Below are positions 24,192-35,472 of a stretch of DNA of 64,000 nt, piece after piece. The stretch is taken from contig OZ210885.1 in NCBI GenBank assembly GCA_964658305.1, positions 12,028,001 to 12,092,000 of the forward strand, read 5' to 3'. The DNA comes from Leptogorgia sarmentosa. Its lineage: Eukaryota. Every line of letters begins with the position of its first letter. Position 1 is the stretch's first letter. A program made the position numbers and the translations under genes. The notes below the pieces were generated by a model, which saw only the letters and a list, made by a program, of their open reading frames with translations, was not told the origin of the DNA and did not search any database.

Positions 24192-25532
24192 TAGGTACAC
24201 AAAGTGTACATGTATCTGCGCCTATGTAGCTTGATGATCAAGTCTTATTTGTTTTCAGCTATTCGACACACGCATCTTGTCTGTCCCTAATACGCGATCT
24301 TGCATGTATAAAATGGTTTACTGCTAGGGAATAGGCGAATAGCGCAAATACTAATTCTTTTCAAGACGTGAGGTTGTGCGGAGACGTATTCAATACTTGA
24401 TATAAGCTTTCGTGACTATCTCGCATTCCGGAATTCCCGCGATCATATATCAAATTGCATAAGGAATTGGAACTTGACGACATATGATATCGCATTTTAT
24501 GTTATTGCGTCTTTAAAATAGACACAGCGCTTTGCGATTGTTTGTGAAAAATGTGGCTCTCTAAAAACCGAATTTACCCTTTTCAATACCGTATCATAAT
24601 AATATATTTATATACAATATATTCCGTCCATTCGTGCGCATTTGCGTAGACGCTAAAGTGTATGTATGATCGGTATGCGCATTGCGCGTAGGTTCAAAAC
24701 AGAATACTTGAAACTATATATGATTTCGTTTGTTTTGTCTCGCGCTTAATAAACGCACAAATCCGTTTTATTACAAGCTACGAAATCTATTTTCCTGGGA
24801 TTGAATGTTTCAACCATTCCGTATGGCGAAGCGTCAAAATATAGTAGATATTCCGTGATCACAATGACACCGCGGGCAGTCCAAACATGTACAGTCGCTA
24901 AAGTATCGTAGGGAAAATATACGCGCAATTGTGTCAAGACATTAAACTCTTTCATAACCTTAAATATTCGCTGTGTTCAATTGCATAGATTGCGTGATGA
25001 TATTTTTGCTTTGATGATCTAAATTGCATAGCGAACGCGAACCTCTTTAATTAATATCTGCAAAAGCAATGCCAATGTCTGCAATTTGCGTCATGATATT
25101 TTTGCGTATAAATTTCCTTAGTATAAATAGTGTTCTAAACGGCGTAAACGCTCATAAATTAACCTCTATTTCAGTGAAGTCACTCGTCGCTGCGAACATT
25201 ATATTTCTTTTTATCTGGATATTTATGCGAAACAAAATCCACGATCAAACAGACAAACACGTACATCACCGCTCTTTAGCTCGCGCCCATACCAGCCGCC
25301 ATTTTGTAATATTTAGCCCGCAAGAACTCCACGTTGGTTCCCTTAAATTTGCGGGTGGGCTCAGTGAGAATTACGTCATCTCAATGTTACGTTGTCGCCT
25401 ATTGGCTAAATTTAACTAACGAATTCGCTGATTGGCTGCAAGCTAACAGTTAACAGCTAACAGCTAACAGCTAACAGCTAACAGCTAACAACTCGATAGC
25501 AATATATCTGCGTTACTACGTCACGCAGATAC
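24192..25532 (-). mobile_element. HINE/DINE-1-like non-autonomous Helentron element, copy 1
   Basis: On the minus strand: T-run, 5' GTATCTGCG..CGCAGATA IR, (GTTAGCT)n microsatellite, 3' subterminal CGCAGATAC, hairpin GTACACTTTGTGTAC, then CTA and a T-run. Confidence 0.8.
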
Positions 25533-25537
25533 AAAAA

Positions 25538-26937
25538 TAGGTACACAAAGTGTACATGTATCTGCGCCTATGTAGCTTGATGATCAAGTCTTATTTGTTT
25601 TCAGCTTTTCGATACACGCATCTTATCCCTAATACGCGATCTTGCATGTATAAAATGGTTTACTGCTAGGAAATAGGCGAATAGCGCAAATACTAATTCC
25701 TTTCAAGACGTGAGCTTGTGCGGAGACGTATTCAATACTTGATATAAGCTTTCATGACTATCTCGCATTCCGGAATTCCCGCCATCATATATCAAATTGC
25801 ATAAGGAATTGAAACTTGACGACATATGATATCGCATTTTATGTTATTGCGTCTTAGACACAGCGCTTTGCGATTGTTTGTGAAAAATGTGGCTCTCTAA
25901 AAACCAAATTTACCCTTTCCAATACCGTATCATAATAATATATTTATATACAATACATTCCGTCCATTCATGCGCATTTGCGTAGACGCTAAAGTGTATG
26001 TATGAGCGGTATGCGCATTGCGCGTAGGTTCAAAACAGAATACTTGAAACTATATATGATTTCGTTTGTTTTGTCTCGCGCTTAATAAACACACAAACCG
26101 GTTTTATTACAAGCTACGAAATCTATTTTCCTGGGATTGAATGTTTCAACGATTCCGTATGGCGAAGCGTCAAAATATAGTAGATATTCCGTGATCACAA
26201 TGACACCGCGGGCAGTCCAAACATGTACAGTGTGTCAGGGCGACAGTGCCGACACGCTAAAGTATCATAGGGAAAATATACGCGCAATTGTGTCAAGACA
26301 TTAAACTCTTTCATAACCTTAAACTATTCGCTGTGTTCAATTGTATAAATTGCGTCATGATATTTTTGCTTTGATGATCTAAATTGCATAGCGAACGCGA
26401 ACCTCTTTAATTAATATCTTTAAAAGCAATGCCAATGTCTGCAATTTGCGTCATGATATTTTTGCGTATAAATTTCCTTAGTATAAGTGGTGTTCTAAAC
26501 GGCGCAAACGCTCATAAATTAACCTCTATTTCAGTGAAGTCACTCCTCGCTGCGAACATTATATTTCTTTTTATCTGGATATTCATGCGAAACAAAATCC
26601 ACGATCAAACAGACAAACACATCACCCCTCTTTAGCTCGCGCCTATATCAGCCGCCATTTTGTAATATTTAGCCCGCAAGAACTCCACGTTGGTTCCCTT
26701 AAATTTGCGGGTGGGCTCAGTGAGAATTACGTCATCTCAATGGTACGTTGTCGCCTATTGGCTAAATTTAACTAACGAATTCGCTGATTGGCTGCAAGTT
26801 AACAGCTAACAACTAACAGCTAACAGCTAACAGCTAACAGCTAACAGCTAACAGCTAACAGCTAACAGCTAACAGCTAACAACTAACAGCTAACAACTCG
26901 ATAGCAATATATCTGCGTCACTACGTCACGCAGATAC
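25538..26937 (-). mobile_element. HINE/DINE-1-like element, copy 2 (head-to-tail with copy 1)
   Basis: Near-identical to copy 1 and joined to it through AAAAA. It has a longer heptamer array and a ~24-bp insert near 26232. Confidence 0.8.
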
Positions 26938-29005
26938 AAAAATTCAACGAAGGTCACAGGTCACGATGACACTAGATACGTTATAACACAGTTAGTAGAC
27001 GGCTACCAACTGTGGTTATACTTCACTGTATTACAATCGTAAACAGAGGTTCTGCTGCTTGTTCTGTTGATTACCCTACTAACGTGTCTATCTAAAATAT
27101 ACAGGCTATATTTATAGTAAGATAACAGAAACGTATTGCGGATGTAATGACCAAGTTCTTTTGCGGCAAAACATGCGAAGTCATCATGGATATTGTTGCG
27201 ATTTAACTAAGGGTTCGACTGCGCCCTGCTGTTGATTCATGCCAGTTTATTCTTTGCGTAGGTTTGAAAATACTACCTTATTACGCTGCGTTTTCCTTTC
27301 TCTTCTATCTCTCTGACTATGTGAGTATATGTTAGAGACTTAGAGTCATATATGATTCATAGTATTATCGTTTGTACCTATCAAAGTCTATCAAAGGTGT
27401 ATGGCTCATCCGGCAAGTCTGACAGATTTTTATTGCAGTGTATAAAATATCATAGAGCACGAAAATCGGATAAATTAGAAGTTTTAGCTATAGTGCACTC
27501 GTACATAAATGAAAGAAAATTACTCCTAAGTGCTTGTCTTGGTTTCGTTGCGAACGTTGCGAAAATGTTTCAATTTTTTATCTATCTGTATCTGCATGGT
27601 AGATTGCATAACAAGTTGAGTCAAAAGTGCATTTTACATTATTTTTACATGAGAGACTGTGTTACAGTAAACATGCTCATTTTGCCGTAAAACCTCGTTC
27701 CGGGTTTTACAGATTCCGGCTTTTCATGTTCCGGGTTTTACAGATTCCGGCTTTTCATGTTCCGGGTTTTACAGATTCCGGCTTTTCATGTTCCGGGTTT
27801 TACAGATTCCGGCTTTTCATGCTCCGGGTTTTAGAGATTCCGGCTTTTTATGTTCCGGGTTTTACAGATTTCGGCTTTTCATGTTCCGGGTTTTACAGAT
27901 TCTGGCTTTTCATGTTCCGGGTTTTACAGATTCCAGCTTTTAATGTTCGGGTTTTACAGATTCCGGCTTTTCTCGTTCCGGGTTTTCCCGTTCCTCGTTC
28001 CGTTCCTCGTTCCGTTCCCCGATACCCCGTTCCGGGTTTTACAGATATAGCCCTTTATTTCCGCTTTCATTTTGAAACTAAAAGAAGATTATCTATTTGG
28101 GATCCGAAGTCTTTACACTTTTATGTTTAGTACTTTGAACGTAAAGACCGTACGATATAGCACAAGAAAAGATTTATTCAAAATGTTGCGATAGACATAC
28201 TCAAATAAAGGTAAGAAACATAATATTTCTAGTGTCAATTAGCCAACGCGATTATTGTGTGGTGCAAAATGATCTTCAAATATGCTATACAATACGAGAA
28301 ACATGAATTGTTTTAAGATGGATAAATGTATGGATTCGAATTGAATATTTTCCCGTTTCAGCGTGTTATATAATGCTATACCTACACATGTTATTGTTAT
28401 AGCTTGCATAACCATAAGACAAGGCAAAAGCACAGACAAGGTCTACTCATATTTATTGAAATATGCGATACGAGACATGACTCAGAATGATTTGGAAGTA
28501 TTTGCAAAAATATTGTAGGTTTTAAAACTGAAAAGGTTAACCTAACATAATTTTTACATATCGCTCCTATGTAATGCACTGATATAATGACTGATTATTA
28601 GTGTGAAATTTCATAATATGCGCTGAAATATTCTCACTGTTATGATGTGAGATATCTGCAGATTCACCTACAAGTATCAGTTGCCTTTGTTCGTGTAAAT
28701 CCGGCACCGCAAGGTCTTGATCCTGATTTATAGATTCATAGATTTACTATACACAGATTTATAGTAAATGCACATACCGTAAATGCTCTAATAAACGCCC
28801 GGGGCGTTTAATAAATTTTAGCGGTTCTAGGGAGGGCGTTTAATAGATATGAGGCGTTTAATAGAGAGAGGCGTTTATTTCATCTCTATAACTTTACTGC
28901 TAAACAAAACAAAACAAAACAAAAACTAAGACTATAACATGTATAGTTTCTGAGCCCAATTGATATCCCAGTTCATTGTGGTGATAATATAAAACGCTAT
29001 GTCCT

Positions 29006-30430
29006 TCACAGATCGATGTCAATATCTTCGTCGTCATCCAGGTCGATAATATTTTCCGTTGCTTCTTCGATATCCGAGTCAGTTATGACCTGAAAAGGGT
29101 TTGGAAGATTAGGCTCATTCAATACGGAAAGTTGTGCTTGTAACTGCTCTGATCCCGCTTCACAAGGTTGACCTTTCTTGAAGCAATGAATGTTTGAATC
29201 TTCAGAACCATCAACTGCGAGATTCAATGCACAGGACTTAAAAGACTTCACAATCACATCTGCAGAAAGTCGTGACCATGCGGTCAGTACCCAGTTGACA
29301 ATAGTCTTCCTTGGTGGCGGTCTCATGTTCCCAGCTTCTGTGTATTCTTGAACACCGCTAGCCATCCATTCATCATACTGCTCGGTAACTAATGCCTTGA
29401 ACGGTTTGTTCCAGCATACATCTGGCGCTTGTATATACCTTGTACAGCCACCGGGGACAATGGCTTGGTCAACCTTCATTTTGGCAAGCGCTTCCTTTAT
29501 GCTTTGCATGATGTGACATTCATACGAATCCCACGCCAGTAAGCGTCTTTGAAAGGAAAACGCTCCCAAAACGTTTTTCGCCCAGTTAAGTGTTAGTTCT
29601 TCGTTCATCCAGGCATTTGATGATGTAGCGATAACACATTTATGTTTAAAATCTTCGTTTAATTTCTTTACCTCTCGCTTCGCGCCACGAAATACTATAT
29701 ACGGCTTTAGTTTTGTTCCGTCAGCTCGGGCAGATAAACAAACTGTAACCATGACTTTTTCGTGTCCCGTCGTCTTCAAATTGATCGATGCAGCTCCTAC
29801 ATTATCAACTGTCGTGGCGGACACCATATCATCCCACACAGGCGTTTCATCCATAGCAACAATGCAAGAAGACTGATAGTTGTGTTGTCGCGAAAGTCGG
29901 CGAACGTGAAGGATATAAGATATCATTTTATCAACAGCTCGATGTGGCTCCTGTTGGGCAGTGGTTGTCTTCCTTCTTAGTGACAGCCCGTTTCTGCGCA
30001 TAAATTTCTGCAGCCAGCCATCACTTGCCTTAAACAAATCTTGTTCACCTTCTGGACATTTTTCATCGTACAAGTATTTTGCCTTAACCATTATAAGTTT
30101 GCGGGAAACTCGCAGGCCATTTGCTCTTCGATTATGAATCCATTCAAGAATAATCTCATCAAGTTTCTCATCCGTGACTTTTCGTCCACCTCCGTCAAGC
30201 CTTTGTCTTCCTTGCCCTTTGTGTTTATTTTTTAATTCTTTAATTAACTCTTTGCTTTTGCGCCATTCACGGATACGCTTTACATCGACTTTATATTTTT
30301 TGGCTGCTGCTCGATTTGATTCCTTTTCTGCGTATTCTATAGCTTCACACTTTAGCGACATACTAAAGCTTCTCTTTTTCTCCCCCTTGTGCGAGGTAGC
30401 TTCATCGCTTGTAGTAGACATGTTTTGCAC
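29006..30430 (-). CDS. pogo transposase (N-terminal HTH, CENP-B-type HTH, DDE_1)
   Basis: Uninterrupted 474-aa ORF with FKASDGWLQKFMRRNGLSLRRKT, MDETP, WD-x35-D and NKPFK, and an acidic tail. Confidence 0.95.
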   Translation of the reverse strand: MQNMSTTSDEATSHKGEKKRSFSMSLKCEAIEYAEKESNRAAAKKYKVDVKRIREWRKSKELIKELKNKHKGQGRQRLDGGGRKVTDEKLDEIILEWIHNRRANGLRVSRKLIMVKAKYLYDEKCPEGEQDLFKASDGWLQKFMRRNGLSLRRKTTTAQQEPHRAVDKMISYILHVRRLSRQHNYQSSCIVAMDETPVWDDMVSATTVDNVGAASINLKTTGHEKVMVTVCLSARADGTKLKPYIVFRGAKREVKKLNEDFKHKCVIATSSNAWMNEELTLNWAKNVLGAFSFQRRLLAWDSYECHIMQSIKEALAKMKVDQAIVPGGCTRYIQAPDVCWNKPFKALVTEQYDEWMASGVQEYTEAGNMRPPPRKTIVNWVLTAWSRLSADVIVKSFKSCALNLAVDGSEDSNIHCFKKGQPCEAGSEQLQAQLSVLNEPNLPNPFQVITDSDIEEATENIIDLDDDEDIDIDL

Positions 30431-30609
30431 GAAGACTAAACAGGCTGTCAGAATAAATCTTTAGCTCAATAATAATCGCATATAACCTGAAGAGATTGTG
30501 AACACGTGCACCGGGCGCCTGAGGTGGCTAAATGTAATTTGATACATTTTGATAAATGCTTTGTGTGATAAAATTAGTATCAAACTCAAGACCACACAAG
30601 GCTTGCAGT

Positions 30610-31116
30610 ATGGCTAGGACAAACAAGAATTTTGTTTTTTCCATGGCCTATGAAATGAAGTTCAAGGCAGCAATACGCGGGCATCATGTGTACAAGACGA
30701 CTTGGACCCCTGTTCTAGAAGAAGTTTTAATCTGCAAGAAAGACAGCCGCGAAGAGGCAAAAGAATTTGATGTTAATGCAGTTGGTGTGTATAAAGTCAA
30801 AATATCTCCCGAGGGTGAAAATCTGGATTTGGTTGGGCATGTGCCTATTGAGCTATCAAGAGTACTGGCTGGTTTTCTAGGCGCCTCAGAAACGAATTCT
30901 CTTACTGTCAAAGTTTGTGGAAAGCGAAAACGTGAAGTGGGTCTTGTTGTTCCTGGATGTTTTCAAGCTAGAACAAAACGAAAGAAAGTTGCCGACATAT
31001 TGAATACAGAAATCAAAAGAATCAAGGAGCGATATCCGTACTTTGAGCTTGAAATCGAACAGGAGATTATAAGCACGCCACTGTTAAGCACGACAACCGC
31101 ACAAGGCACCAAATAA
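30610..31116 (+). CDS. HIRAN-like domain protein encoded inside the pogo element
   Basis: IRGHHVYK..W.P...E.L.C......FDVNAVGV...LVGHVPIELS matches the HIRAN-family pattern. The ORF is intact; the start codon is uncertain (30556, 30610 or 30643). Confidence 0.78.
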   Translation: MARTNKNFVFSMAYEMKFKAAIRGHHVYKTTWTPVLEEVLICKKDSREEAKEFDVNAVGVYKVKISPEGENLDLVGHVPIELSRVLAGFLGASETNSLTVKVCGKRKREVGLVVPGCFQARTKRKKVADILNTEIKRIKERYPYFELEIEQEIISTPLLSTTTAQGTK

Positions 31117-34100
31117 ATAAATAATTTAGTGTTACTGTGTGTAGCGTTTCCTTTATAATTGCTTTAAGCATTAGGGCGATTCAGGGGGCGTCTATTAGAT
31201 ACGGGGCGTTTAATAGAGAGAGGCGTCTAATACAAACTTACCCATTAGTGGGGGTGTTTATTAGATAAGAGGCGTTTATTTGATAGGGGGTGTTAATTAG
31301 AGCATTTACGGTACAGATAATGTTTCTGCCAGACCAGGTCACTGAACTTGAGCAGCATACTATATTTTTACTATTTCGAAGTTACCATCTCAAGAAGGAA
31401 CGAAGTGGGCTGTGTGCTAAGACACCCGCGAGAGTATTTAATGTGGAAATTGTAAGTAGGTTCGAATGATGAATTGGAATCACTGAGAAATGACTTTCAA
31501 TTTGATAAATTTATATAATATGCACAACGCAGACGTAAATCAGGGTTTAATCAGCTGCGATACAAAAATGCGGAACTTTATGGACTTATGAACCTCGAGG
31601 TAGGCTAAGTCGGACTAGAAGATTTAGCAGTTCCACTTATAAATGAATAACGTGATTGATAGAGACGACATTGAATGAGTGGTTATTTTCCATCCCTAAG
31701 TGCAGCTATTGGAGTGAGCATTCATGTTGCCTTAAAGACGTTTTATGCGCTACATGCAATTGAAAACATTTCGGTTGCTAGCTCGCTGTGTCAGTCTAGC
31801 ACATTATGAACACAACTCGTATCAAATATCATTATTTCTTTTTATATGTGTCGCGTCTTCAAAGAAATGTTCGCAATGCGAATTTTCCATAACAGCTACG
31901 GCCTCATTCTTTTGGACACCACTACATTTATTTCAATCACCAAAATATTTATTACATCGTTTTTCTGTTTTGCTTTATATCACATCACTGAAAAGATCGT
32001 AGCTACAATAATATCAAACATTCTTGACCTCCAAAGCCATTGAGATTAGCTATTGTGCGCAAAGACGCGTCGAGACAGATATTTGCCAGATGTAATGTTT
32101 TAGCTTGGCACTCAAGTGATATGCATGTAGTGAGGATTTAACTTGAAAAATACGTTGATCAAGATTTGCGTATGAAATTTGTTTCACATTAAGTTAGATG
32201 AGTAAAAAAGAAAGTGGTTTCCATTCGACAAGTAAAATTGTAGGGCATCAGAAAATGTGAATAATAATCAATACGACCGGATTGCAATTTAATGAGTTTA
32301 CTCATGGGTTCACCACGCTTTCTTCTTCGCAATTAAATTCATAGAAGATCATTATTTATATGGAACAAAAATCTTTACGCTTTTATGTTTCGTACTTTTA
32401 CACGGTAAAGACTGTACGTTATGACATAAAACAATATTTGCTGTATTAAAAATATTTCGATCGAAATGTAACATATTTAGCTTGACCCGGCCAATGCGAT
32501 TACTGCGGTATGCCGACTGCGCGTACTCGCGGATATTTTCCTATGCCTTTGCAATGTGGAGTAGAATACAAAGTCTTTAAAAATATCATACGAGAAATTC
32601 GAACTATTTTCTACAAGCGCAGCAGAGCCCATGGCCAAAAGTGGGCTGTAGCTTCCTCAATTTTTTGCTGGGTTATAATATGCTAACAAGAATATAGGAA
32701 GACTGTATAATCCACGCTTACAAATCGAAGGGATTACCGATCAAGAATGCCACACAAAATTGCTTATGCTGAGCATGTTTCGCGTTATATTTTGCACGAT
32801 ACTATCTATACTGATCCACAGTGAATGCGCAGAAATTAAAAATCATATTCTGGTATATCAGGTGAAGTTTAAGTTGCGCGCTGTAGTTAGGAGACATGAC
32901 TCAGAATGATTTGTAAGTATTTGCAGCAATATATAGTAGGTCTAGTAGGTTTTAAAACTGAAAAGGTTAACCTAACATAATTTTTACATATCGCTCCTAT
33001 ATAATGCACTGATAATGACTGATTATTAGTGTGAAATTTCATAATATGCCCTGAAATATTCTCACTGTTATGATGTGAGATATCTGCTGATTCACCTACA
33101 AGTATCAGTTGCCTTTGTTCGTGTAAATCACCGTAAGATCTTGATCCTGATTTATAGATTCATAGATTTACTATAGACAGATTTATAGTAAATGTACATA
33201 TAGATAATGTTTCTGCCAAACCAGGTCACTGAACTTGAGCAGCATGCTAAATTTTTACGGTTTCGAAGTTACCATCTCAAGAAGGAACGCAGTGGGCTGT
33301 GTGCTAAGACACCCGCGATTGTATCAAATTTTAGAAAATTGGATTATATTTTATAGTGACGTTGGACGTTGGTTCGAATGATGAATTAAATTACTGAGAA
33401 ATGCCTGTAAATTTGATAAATTAATATATGCGCAACGCAGACGTATATCAGTGTTTGAAAAGCTGCGATCTTTATGGACTTTAAACGCGGAACTTTATGG
33501 ACTTATGCAGGTCGAGGTAGGCTTAGGAAATGAGCCAGACTAGAAGATTTAGCACTTCAACTTATAAATGAATAACGTGATTGATAGAGACGACATTGAA
33601 TGAGTGTTTATTTTCCATCCCTAAATGCAGCTATTGGAGTGAGCATTCATGTTGCCTTAAAGACGTTTTATTCGCTTCATACAATTGAAAACATTTCGGT
33701 TGCTAGCTCGCTGTGTCAGTCTAGCACATTATAAACGCAATTCGTATCAAATATCATATTTCATATGTGTCGCGGCTTCAAAGAAATGTTCGCAATGCGA
33801 TTTTTCCATAACAACTACGGCCTCATTCTTTTGGACACCAGTACATTTATTACAATCACCAAAACATTTATTACATCGTTTTTCTGTTTTGCTTTATATT
33901 GTAGCTACAATAATATCAAACATACTTGACAAGTTGACCTTCAAAGCCATTGAGATTAGCTATTGTGCGCAAAGACGCGTTGAGACAGATATTTGCCAGA
34001 TGTAATGTTTTAGCTTGCCACTCAAGTGATATTGTAGTGAGGATTTAACTTGTGAAATACGTTGATCAAGATATGCGTATGAAATTTGTTTCACATTAAG

Positions 34101-35232
34101 TTAGGATGAGTAAACAAGAAAGTGGTTTCCATTTGACAAATAAAATTGTAGGGCATCAGAAAATGTGAATAATAATTAATAGGACCTACAGTATCAAGAT
34201 GGATTGCAATTTAGTGAGTTTACTCATGGGTTCACCACGCTTTCTTCTTCTCAATTAAATTCATAGAAGATCATTGTTATGGAACAAAAATCTTTACGCT
34301 TTTATGTTTCGTAATTTTACACGGTAAAGACTGTACGTTATGACACAAAACGATATTTGCTGTATTAAAAATATTTCCATCGAAATGTAACATTCCTAGC
34401 TTGACTCGGCCAATGCGATTACTGCGGAATGCAGACTGCGTGTACTCGCGGATATTTTCCTATGCCTTTGCAATGTAGAGTAGAATACAAAGTCTTTAAA
34501 AATATCATACGAGAAATTCCAACTATTTTCTACAAGCGCAGCAGAGCCCATGGCCCAGAGTGGGCTGTAGCTTCCTCAATTTTTTGCTGGGTTATAATAT
34601 GCTAACAAGAATATAGGAAGACTGTTCGTCGGTCAGTTCGTATAATCCACGCTTACAAATCGAAGGGATTACCGATCAAGAATGCCACACAAAATTGCTT
34701 ATGCTGAGCAGGTTTCGCGTTATATTTTGCACGATACTATCTATACTGATCCGCAGTGAATGTGCAGAAATTAAAAATCATATTCTGGTATATCAGGTGA
34801 AGTTTAAGTTGCGCGCTGTAGTTAGGATAAAAATTTAGAGATTGTAATGGGGGTAGTATCGCATAGCTCTTGGCTACGTAGACTGTGATTAATCTCCACT
34901 TTCATTTTGAGCCTCCAAGATGATATTTTAGAGCAGAAGTCTTAGTGAAATGTGGGCAAGTGTGATGTATTTAGTGAAATAAAGGCAGCAAAAGTCATAA
35001 CTCTACCTGAATTTCACAAACGACATTTTAAGCCTTAGATATAGATGTGTTACCGTCATTTTCTCTTTGTATACAATATGGTTATAAAGTATGTTTGACT
35101 TTCACGTCTGATGGTAGCACGATAGAGAAATCGGAGTGACATATTGATAGAAACTAAAGGAAAATTCAAGGAATTTTAAAACTATTTTCCAAGGCATTCT
35201 CAAGTTCTCGCAGGCTGAATTTTAATCTGCCG

Positions 35233-35472
35233 GAAATTGAAAGGGATTTCCCCTTTTCTCAAGCCATGTTCTGATTACACTCAGAGTTTTAATATTTTAG
35301 CCACTCTGTGCTTTATTGTAGCAGTGAGTTTCTTTCATGTATTTCGTTCTCTGTCAATATAATCGCAATCATACTACATTGACGAATATTTGAAAGTGGG
35401 GCAGGGGATAACAAACGAGGTGAGTTTGATTTAAATGTCTAGTAAACCAAAGAAATTCCCGTAGGATTTCCC
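35233..35472 (+). promoter_or_regulatory. Candidate IRF/NF-kB site cluster around a possible 5' non-coding exon
   Basis: GAAATTGAAA abuts GGGATTTCCC (35233-35252). Splice donor GAG|GTGAGT at 35420. AGAAATTCCC and AGGATTTCCC at 35451-35472. Confidence 0.3.

Larger units (their letters stand above)
23133..28052. mobile_element. Foldback-type element with ~650-840-bp TIRs containing 31-bp tandem repeats
   Basis: Left arm 23133-~23777 is the reverse complement of right arm ~27208-28052. The unit AAAAGCCGGAATCTGTAAAACCCGGAACATG occurs 6 times on the left and 9 on the right. No transposase. Confidence 0.9.
28777..31311 (-). mobile_element. Full-length pogo-superfamily DNA transposon (DD35D, Passer-like) with two ORFs
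   Basis: 24-bp TIR CCGTAAATGCTCTAAT(A/T)AAC(G/A)CCC, TA TSD and subterminal GGCGTTTAATAG repeats. Confidence 0.95.
28472..34826. repeat. Tandem duplication of a ~1.94-kb non-coding unit (copy A 28472-32890 interrupted by pogo; copy B 32891-34826)
   Basis: Both copies start GAGACATGACTCAGAATGATTTG and end GCGCGCTGTAGTTAGG, and they are colinear throughout. Confidence 0.92.

Noticed and set aside
25069..25419. Duplicated ORF MPMSAICVMIF (also 26429-26635)
   Set aside because: It lies within the duplicated non-autonomous element, and the second copy is frameshifted.
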